A DNA stretch of 64,000 nucleotides. Source: the human T2T-CHM13v2.0 reference genome, Homo sapiens. The stretch lies in assembly GCF_009914755.1 (NCBI RefSeq), contig NC_060938.1, one strand, 5' to 3'. The translations under genes and the position numbers were made by a program. Shown piece by piece: positions 55,101 to 64,000 of the stretch (position 1 is the first letter of the stretch; each line of letters opens with the position of its first letter). The notes under the pieces are model-generated. The model searched no databases and was not told the origin of the DNA. It saw nothing but the letters and a program-made list of their open reading frames with translations.

Positions 55101-58100
55101 AATGGAGTGGAATGGAATGGGATGGAATGGAAAGGAGTGGATTGGAGTGGTGTGGAATGGAGTGGAATGGAATGGGATGGAATGGAATGGAGTGCAATGG
55201 AGTGAAGTGGAGTGAAGTGGAATGGAATGGAATGGAATTTAAAATAATTCAATGGAATGAAAAGGAATGGATTGCTATGGTGAAATGAAATGTGAGCTGA
55301 GACTGTCCCACTGTACTCCATCCTGGGTGACAGAGTGAGATCCTGTCTTAAGAAAGGAAAGGAATGGAATGGATTGGAAAATAATGGAGAGGAATGGAAT
55401 GTAGTGGAGTGGGTGGAGTGGAGTGGAGTGGACTGGAGTGGAGTAAAGTGGAGTGGAGTGGAATAGAATGGGATGGAATGGAATGGAATGAAGTGGAGTG
55501 GAGTGGAGTCGACTGGAATGCAGTGAAGTGGAATGGAGTGGAATGGAAAACAATGGAATGGACTCGTGTGTAGTGGAGTGGAGTGGAATGGAGTGTAGTG
55601 GAATGCAATGGAATGGAATGGAATAGAATGCGATGGAATGCAATGGAATAAAATGGTGAAATGAAATGTGAGCTGAAATTGTGCCATGGCACTCCAGCCG
55701 GGTTGTGACAGTGAGATCCTGTCAAAAGAAAGGAAAGGAGTGGAAAGGAGTGGAATGGAATAGAATGGAGTGGAGTGCAGTAAAGTGGAGTGGAATGGAA
55801 TGGGATGGAGTGGAATGGAGTGGAGTGTACAGGAGTGGACTGGATTGGAGTAAAGTGCAGTGAAGTGGAGGGGAGTGGAGGGGAATGGAGTGGAATAGAA
55901 TGGGATGGATTGGAATGGAATGGAATGGAGGTTAGTGGAGTGGAGTTGAGTGGAGTGCACTGGAGTGGAATGGAATGGAATGGAATGGAATGGAATGGAA
56001 TGGAATGGAATGGAATGGAGCCGAGTGGAGTGGAGTGTATTGGAGTGGAATGGAGTGGAGTGGAATTGAATAGAATGGAGTGGAGTTAAATGGAGTGAAG
56101 TGGAGTGGAGTGGAATGGAATAGAATGGAATGGAATGAAATGGAATGGAATGGAATTGAACGGAATGGAAAGGAAAGGAATGGAATGGAATGGAATGCAA
56201 TGGAATGGAATGGAGTGGAATGCAATGGAATGAAATGGAATAGAATGGTGAAATGAAATATGAGCTGAGATTGTGCCACAGCACTCCAATCTGGGTGTGA
56301 CAGTGAGATCCTGTCGAAAGAAAGGAATGGAATGGAAGGGAATGGAATGGAATGGAGTGGAGTGGAGTTGATGGGAGTGGAATAGAGTGGAATTGAGTGG
56401 GATGGAGTGGAATGAAGTGGAGTGGAATGGAGTGGAATTGAATGGGATGAAATGGAGTGGAGTGGAGTGGAATGGAATAGGATGGAACAGAATGGAGTGC
56501 ATTGCAGTGGAGTGGAGAGGAGTGGAATGGAATGGAACGGAGTGGAGTGGACTGGAGGGGAGTAGAATGGAATGGAATAGAATGGAATGGACTCGTGAAA
56601 TGAAATATGAACTGAAATTGTGCCACTGCACTCCAGCCTGGGTAACAGAGTGAGATCCTCTCAAAGAAAGGAATGGAATCGAATGGAGTGGATTGGAATG
56701 GAGTGGAATGGAGTGTAGTGGAGTTGAGTGGAGTGCACTGGAGTGGAATGGAGTGGAATGGAATGGTGAAATGAAATGTGAGATGAGATTGTGCTACTGC
56801 ACTCCAGCTTGTGTCACAGAGTGAGATCCTGTCAAAAGAAGGGAATGGATTGCAGTGAAGTGGAATCAAAAGAAATGGAATGGAATGGAATGGAATGGAA
56901 TGGAATGGAATGGAATGGAATGGAATGGGATGGGATGGGATGGGATGGAATGGAATGGGATGGGATGGAATGGACTGGAATGGGATGGGATGGAATGGAA
57001 TGGACTGAAATGGTATGGAATGGAACGGAGTGGAGTGGACTGGAGTGGTGTGGTATGGAGTGGAATCTAATGGGACAGAATGTAATGGAATGGAGTGGAG
57101 TGGAGTGCAGTGGAGTGGAATGGAGTGGAATGGAATGGGATGGAGTGTAATGATGCGGAGTGGACAGGAGTGGAGTGGAGTGGACTGGAGTGGAGTGGAA
57201 TGGAGTGGAATGTAAAGTGATGCTATAGAAATGATCGGAGTGGAGTGGAGTGGAGTCGAATGGAATGGAATGGAATAAGATGGAATGGAGAGGAGAGGAG
57301 AGGATTGGAGTGGAGTGGAATGGAATGGAATGGAGTGGAGTGGAGTTGAGTGGACTGGAGTGGAATGGAGTGTAATGGAATGGAAAGGTGAAATGAAATG
57401 TGAGCTCAGATTGTGCCACTGTACTCCAGCCTGTGTGACAGAGTGAGACCCTGTCAAAAGAAAGTGATGGAATAGAATGGAGTGGAATGGAAAGGAATGG
57501 AATTGAATGGAGTGGAGTGTAGTGGAATGGAATGGAGTGGAATGGAGTGGAGTGTAGTGGAATGGAATGGAGTGGAATGGAGTGGATTGGAGTGGAATCG
57601 AGTGGAATGGAATGGGATGGAAAGGAATGTAATGGTTTGGAATGGAGTGGAGTGATGTGGAATGGAGTGGAATATAATGGGATGGATTGGAATGGAGTGG
57701 AGTGGAGTGGAGTGGAATGGAATGGAATGGTATGGAATGGAATGGAGAGGAATGGAATGGAATGGAATGGAGTGGAGTAGAATGGAATGGAGTGGAGTGC
57801 ACTGGAATGCAATGGAATGGAATGGAATGCTGAAATTAAATGTGAGCTGTGATTGTGGCACTGCACTCCCGTCTGGGTAGCAGAGTGAGATGCTGTCGAA
57901 AGAAAGGAATGCAATGGAATGGAGTTTAATGGAATGGAACGGAATGGAGATGAGTGATGTGGAGTGGAGTGCAGTTGAGTGGAGTGGAGAGGAATGGAAT
58001 GGAGTTGAATGGGATGGGATGGAATTGAATGGAATGTTAGCGGAGTGGAGTGGACAGGAATGGAATGGAATGGACTGGAATGTAATGGAATGGAATGGCG

Positions 58101-60149
58101 TGGAGTGGAGTGGAGTGGAGTGGATTGGAGTTAAATAGAACGGAATTGAATGCAATGGAATGGTGAAATGAAATGTGATGTGAGATTGTGCCACTGCACT
58201 CCAGCCTCAGTGACAGAGTGAGACTCTTTCGAAGAAAATGAATGGAATGGAATGGAGTGGAATGGAATGGAATGGAGTGGAGAGTAGTGGAGTGGAGTGA
58301 AGTGGAGTGGAGAGGAATGGAATAGTTTGGAGTGGAAATGAATGGAGTGGAGGGTAGTGGAGTGAAATGGATTGGAAAGGAGTGGAATGGAATGGGTTGG
58401 AATGGAGTGGAGTGGTGTGGAGCGGACTGGAGTGGATGGGAGTTGAATGGAATGGAGTAGAGTGGTGTGGAGTGGACTGGAGTGGAAGGGAGTTGAATGG
58501 AATGGGATGGAATGGAATGGCGTGGAGTGGAGTGGAGTTTAATAGAATGGGATGGAATGGAATGGAATGGAATGGAATGGTGAAATGAAATGTGAACTGA
58601 AATTGTGTTACTGCACTCCACCCTGGGTGACAGAGTGAGATCCTGTCAAAAGAAAGGAATGGAATGGAATGGAGTGGAATGGAATGGAGTAGAATTGAAT
58701 GGAATTGAATGGAGTGGATTGGAGTGGAGTTTAGTGGAGTGGAGTGGAATGCTGTGGAATGGAATTGGGTGGAATGGAATGGGATGTAATGGAATGGAAT
58801 GGAATGGAATGGAGTGGAATGGAATGGAATGGAGTGGAGTAGAGTTGATTAGAGTGGAGTGGAGTGGAGTGGAATGGAGTGGAATACAATGGAATTCAAT
58901 GGAATGGAGTGGAGTGGCTTGGAGTGTAGAAGGGTGGACTGGAATGAAGTGGAATGGAACAGAATGGAATGGAATTGAATGGAATGGAGTGGAATGGAAT
59001 GGAATGGAATGGAATGGAGTGGAATGGAATGGAATGGAATGGAATGGAATGGAATGGAATGGAATGAAATGGTGAAATGAAATGTGAGCTGAGATAGTGC
59101 CGCTGCACTCCAGCCTGGGTGACAGAGTGAGATCCTGTTGAAAGAAAGGAATGGAATGGAATGGAATGGAGTTGAATGGAGTGGAGTGAAGTGGAGTGGA
59201 GTGGAGAGGAATGGAGTGGAATGTGATGGGATGGATTGGAGTGGAATGGAGTGGAATGGACTGGACTGAAGTGGAGTGGATTGGAGTGGAATGGAGTGGA
59301 ATGGAGTGGATGGAATGGAATGAAATGGATTGGAATGGAGTTGAGTGGATTGAAGTGGAGTGTAGTGTAGTGGAGTGGAGTGGAGTGCAGTGGAATGTTA
59401 TGGAATGGAAATGAATGGAATGGAATGCAATGCAATGTAATGGTGAAGTGAAATGTCTCCTGAGATTGCTCCACTGCACTCCAGCCTGGGTTACAGAGTG
59501 ATATCCTATCGAAAGAAAGGAATGGAATGGAATGGAGTGGTCTGGAATGGAATGGAATGGAAGGGAGTGTAGTGTAGTGTAGTGTAGTGTAGTGTAGTGT
59601 AGTGTAGTGTAGTGTAGTGTAGTGTACTGTAGTGAAGTGTAGTGTAGTGTAGTGTAGTGCAGTGTAGTGGAGTGGAGTGGAGTTTAATGCAATGGGATGG
59701 AATGGAAGGGAGTGGAGTGGAGTGGAATGCAATGTAGTGAAAGGGAGTGTGATGGATTGGAATGGAGTGGAGTGGAGTGGAATGGAATGGAATGGAGTGG
59801 AATGGAATTGAATGGAATGCAATGGAATGGAATGTCGTGGAATGGATTGGAATGGAATGGTGAAATGAAATGTGAGCTGAGATTGTGCCACTTCACTCCA
59901 GGCTGGTTGACAGGGTGAGATAACTGTCAAAAGAAAGGAGTGGAGTGGAGTGGAGTTGAATGCAATGGGATGGAATGGAATGGAGTGGAGTGGAGTCGAG
60001 TAGAGTGGTTTGGAGTGGAGTGGAATGGAATAGAATGGAAAGGAATGGAATGCAATGGAATGGAATGGAAAGGTGAAATGTAATGTGAGCTGAGATTGTG
60101 CCACTGCATTACAGCCTGGGTTACAGAGTGAGATCCTGTCGAAAGAAAT
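49193..60149 (+). repeat. Dense zone of Alu-3'-end-derived cassettes, mostly type B (27 copies)
   Basis: Type B consensus GGTGAAATGAAATGTGAGCTGAGATTGTGCCACTGCACTCCAGCCTGGGTGACAGAGTGAGATCCTGTC(A/G)AAAGAAA. Approximate starts: 49193, 49550, 49932, 50664 (type A), 51351 (type A), 51881, 52218, 52570, 53117, 53462, 53808, 54070, 54487, 54883, 55279, 55655, 56247, 56594, 56765, 57387, 57829, 58162, 58579, 59071, 59442, 59859, 60072. Confidence 0.93.
59566..59665 (+). repeat. (AGTGT)n microsatellite, 20 units
   Basis: 12 perfect AGTGT units (59566-59625), then 8 more units of which 3 carry single-base variants. Confidence 0.95.
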
Positions 60150-61019
60150 GAATGTAATGGAATGGAGTGGAATGTAATGTAATGGAATGGAATGGAGTGG
60201 GGTGGAGTGCAGTGGAGTGAGGTGGAGTGGAATGGAGTGGAATGGAATGGGACAGAATGGAATGCAGTGGAGTGGATTGGAGCACTTTGAGGCCTATGGT
60301 GGAAAAGGAAATATCTTTACATAAAACCTAGACAGAAGCAGTCTGAGAAACTTCTTTGTGATGTGTGAGGTCTTCTCACAGAGTTGAACCTTTCTTTTTA
60401 TTAAGCAGTTTGGAAACACTCGTTTTGTAGGATCTGCAAGGGGACATTTGGAGCGATTTGAGGCATATGTTGAAAAAAAATCTTCACATGAAAACTAGAC
60501 AGAAGCATTCTACAAACTTCTTTGTGATATGTGCATTCATCTCAAAGAATTGAACCTTTCTTTTGATTCAGCAGCTTTGAAACTCCCTTTTTGTATTATC
60601 TGCAAGTGGACATTTGGAGCGCTTTGAATCATATGATGGAAAAGGAAATATCTTCAAAAAAGCTAGACAGAAGCATTCTGACAAATTTCTTTGTGATGTG
60701 TGCATTCATCTCACAGGTTTGAACCTTTCATTTGATTGAATGGCTTTGAAAGACTTTGTACAATCTGCATGTGGAAATTTGGAGCACTTTGAAGCCTATG
60801 GTGGAAAAGGAAGTATCTTCATATAAAAACTATACAGAAACATTCTGACAAACTTCTTTGTGATGTGTGAATTCATCTCACAGATTTGAAAGTTTCTTTT
60901 CATTGAGCAGTTTTGAAACACTCTTTTTGTAGAATCTGCAAGTAGATATTTGGAGAGTGTTCAGGCCTACGGTGGAAAAGGAAATATCTTCACATAAAAA
61001 CTTAACAGAAGCATTCTGA

Positions 61020-61063
61020 GAAACTTCTTTGTGATGTGTGCGAAACTTCTTTGTGATGTGTGC
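61020..61063. repeat. Perfect 22-bp tandem duplication inside an alpha monomer
   Basis: GAAACTTCTTTGTGATGTGTGC occurs twice (61020-61041 and 61042-61063). Confidence 0.95.
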
Positions 61064-63230
61064 ATTCACCTCACAGTGTTGAAGTTTTATTTTGATTGAG
61101 CAGTTTCAAAACACTCTTTTTGTAGAATCTGCAAGTGGACATTTTGAGCACTGTGAGGCCTAGTGTGGAAAAGGAAACATCTTCACATTAAAACTAGATA
61201 GAATCATTCTGACCAACTTCTTTTGGATGTGCGCATCTATCTTCCAGATTTGAACCTTACTTTCGATTGAGCAGTTCTGAAACACTCTTTTTGTAGAATC
61301 TGCAAGTGGACATTTGGAGCACTTTGCAGGCTATGGTGGAAAAGGAAACATTTTCACATAAAAACTATACCGAATCATTCTGACAAACTTATTTGGGATG
61401 TGTGCATTCATCTGACAGAGTTGGAACTTTCTTTTGATTGATCAGTTTTGAAACACGTTTTGTAGAATTTGCAAGACGACATTTGGAGTGTTTTGAGGCC
61501 TATGGTGGAAAAGAAAATATCTTCACTTAAGTGCTAGACAGAAGCATTCTGAGAAACTTCTTTGTGATGTGTGCATTCATCTCACCGAATTTAACCTTAC
61601 TTTTGATTGAGCTGTTTTGAAACACTCTTGTAGAATCTGCAATAGGACATTTGGAGCGCTTTGTGGACTATGGTGGAAAAGGAAATATCTTCACATAAAA
61701 ACTAGACAGAATCATTCTGAGAAAATTCTTTGTGATATGTGAATTCATCTTAGAGAGTTGAACCTTTCTTTTGATTGAGCAGTTTTGAAAAACTCATTTG
61801 TAGAATCTGCAATTGGTCATTCGGAGCACTTTGAGGCCTATGGTGGAAAAGGAAATATCTTCACATAAAAACTAGACAGAAGCATTCTGAGAATCTTCTT
61901 TATGATGTGTGCACTCATCTCACAGGCTCGAACCTTTCTTTTGGTTGAGCAGTTTGGAAACACTATTTTTGTAGAATATGCAAGTGGATATTTGGAGTGC
62001 TATACTGTCTAAAGTGGAAAAGAAAATATCTTCACATAAAAACTAGACAGAAGCATTCTGAGCAACTCCTTTGACATGTGTGCATTCACGTGACAGAGTT
62101 GAAATTTTCTTATGATTGAGCAGTTTTGAAACATTCTTTTTGAGAATCTGCAAGTGGATATTGGGAGAAATTTGAGGCCTGTTTTGGAAAAGGAAATATC
62201 TTCACATAAAAACTAGATAGAAGCATTCTGAGAAAATTCTTTGTGATGTGTCCATGCATGTCACAGATTTGGAGATTTTTCCATTGAGCAGTTTTGAAAT
62301 ACTCTTTTTGTAGAATCTACAAGTGGACATTTTGGGAGCTTTGAGGCCTATGGTAGAAAAGGAAATATCTTCACATAAAACAAGACAGAAGAATTCTGAG
62401 AAACTTTTTTGTAAGGTGAGCATTCATCTCACAGGGTTGAACCTTTCTTTTGATTGAGCAGTTTTAAACACTCTATTTGTAGAATCTGCAATTGGACATT
62501 TGGAGTGCTTTGCGGCCTATGATAGTGAAAGAAATATCTTCACATAAAATCTAGAGAGAAGCAATCTGAGAAACTTCTTTTTGATTTGTGTATTCATCTC
62601 ACAGTGTTAAACCTTTCCTGTGATTGAACAGTTTGAAACTCTCTTTTTTGTAGAATCTGATAGTGGACATTTGGAGCACTTTGAGGACAATGGTGGAAAA
62701 GGAAATATCTTCACATCAAAACTAGACTGAAGATTTCTGAGAAACTTCATTGTGATGTGTGCGTTCATCACACAAAGGTGAACCTTTATTTTGAGTGAGC
62801 AGTTTGGAAAAACTCTTTATGTAAAATCTGCAAGTAGATATTTGGAGCGCTTTGTGTCCTATGTTATAAAATGAAATACCATCACATAAAATCTCGACAG
62901 AAGCAATCTGAGAAATTTCTTTGTGATGTGTGCATTCATATCAAAGAGTTAAACCTTTGTTTTGATTGAACAGTTTTGAAACTCTCTTTTTGTAGAACCT
63001 GCAATTGGACACTTTTAGCGCTTTAAGGCCTATGGTGGAATAGGAAACGTCTTCACATAAAAACTACACAGAAGAATTCTGAGAAATTTCTTTGTGATAC
63101 GTGCGTTCATCTTACAGAGTTTAACCTTTCTTTTGATTGAGCAGTTTGGAAACACTTTTTGTAGAATCTACAAGTGGACATTTGCAGCTCTTTGAGGGCT
63201 GTGGTAGAAAAGGAAGTATCTTCACATAAA

Positions 63231-63920
63231 ATCTAGACAGAAGCAATCTGAGAAACTTATTTTTGATGTGTGCATTCATCTCACAGAATTAAAAATTTTC
63301 TTTTGATTGAGTAGTTTAGAATTCTCTTTTTGTAGAATCTGCAAGTGGACTTTTGGAGTGCTTTGAGGCCTATGGTGGAAAAGGAAATATCCTCACATAA
63401 AAACTAGACAGAAGAAATCTGAGAAACTTCATTGTGATGTCTGTGTTTATCTCACAGCGTTGAAAATTTCTTTTGATTGAGCAGTTTGAAAACTCTCTTT
63501 TTGTAGAATCTGCAAGTGGACATTTGAAGGGCTTTGCATCCTTTGGTACAAAAGGAAATATCTTCACACAAAATCTAGACAGAAGCAATCTGAGGAACTT
63601 CTTTTTGATGTGTGCATTCATCTCACAGAGTTAAAACTTTCTTTTGATTGAGTAGTTTAAAATTCTCTTTTTGTAGAATCTGCAAGTGGACTTTTGGAGC
63701 GCTTTGAGGCCTATGGTGGAAAAGGAAATATCCTCACATAAAAACTAGATAGAAGAATTCTGAGAAACTTCATTGTGATGTCTGTGTTTATCTCACAGAG
63801 TTGAAAATTTCTTTTGATTGAGCAGTTTGAAAACTCTCCTTTTGTAGAATCTGCAAGTGGACATTTGAAGGGCTTTGCATCCTTTGGTACAAAAGGAAAT
63901 ATCTTCACATAAAATCTAGA
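63231..63920. repeat. Tandem duplication of a 341-bp alpha-satellite dimer
   Basis: Private variants recur at +341: GTGGACTTTTGGAG context (63341/63682), ATATCCTCAC, CTGTGTTTAT, GCTTTGCATCCTTTGGTACAAAAGG (63531/63872). Confidence 0.92.
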
Positions 63921-64000
63921 CAGAAACAATCTGAGAAACTTTTATTGTGATTTGTGCATTCACTTCACAGAGTTAAAACTTTCTTTTGATTGAGCAGTTT

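Larger units (their letters stand above)
60277..64000. repeat. Divergent alpha satellite (~171-bp monomers, ~22 copies), A-type, no CENP-B boxes
   Basis: Repeating TTTGGAGC..TTTGAGGCCTATGGTGGAAAAGGAAATATCTTCACATAAAAACTAGACAGAAGCATTCTGAGAAACTTCTTTGTGATGTGTGCATTCATCTCACAGAGTTGAACC..TTTGTAGAATCTGCAAGTGGA. The box position reads CTATGGTGGAAAAGGAA-like (pJalpha type) rather than YTTCGTTGGAARCGGGA. Monomers are mutually divergent and the array runs off the right edge. Confidence 0.97.

Noticed and set aside
60878-63929. Short minus-strand ORFs in alpha satellite
   Set aside because: Chance ORFs. The two similar ones (63370-63621 and 63711-63929) just reflect the 341-bp duplication.
60277-64000. 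Active centromeric HOR or CENP-B boxes
   Set aside because: No YTTCGTTGGAARCGGGA was seen and the monomers are divergent, consistent with a relic flanking layer.

Overview
Non-coding primate (most likely human) pericentromeric or acrocentric heterochromatin with no credible genes. Bases 1-~60276 are a divergent satellite III (HSat3)-type pentamer array. It mixes GGAAT and GGAGT units, keeps the purine-rich strand on + throughout and shows no inversions. It is punctuated by about 58 co-oriented copies (manual count) of a ~77-bp cassette whose core is the 3' end of an Alu. The cassettes fall into two sequence types. A derived type dominates 1-48 kb at about 1 per 1.6 kb, and a more Alu-like type dominates 49-60 kb at about 1 per 0.4 kb. 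One cassette is split by a full-length AluYa5-type insertion (47477-47773) with a target-site duplication. At ~60277 the array joins, via microhomology, divergent alpha satellite with no CENP-B boxes. This alpha DNA shifts from monomeric to dimeric organisation at ~62.4 kb and ends in a recent 341-bp dimer duplication. All listed ORFs are repeat-translation artefacts. The most interesting signals are the Alu-cassette/pentamer composite architecture, the reverse-complement match between the cassette core and the satellite's own GGAGTGCAGTGG motif, and the layered history readable along the array.
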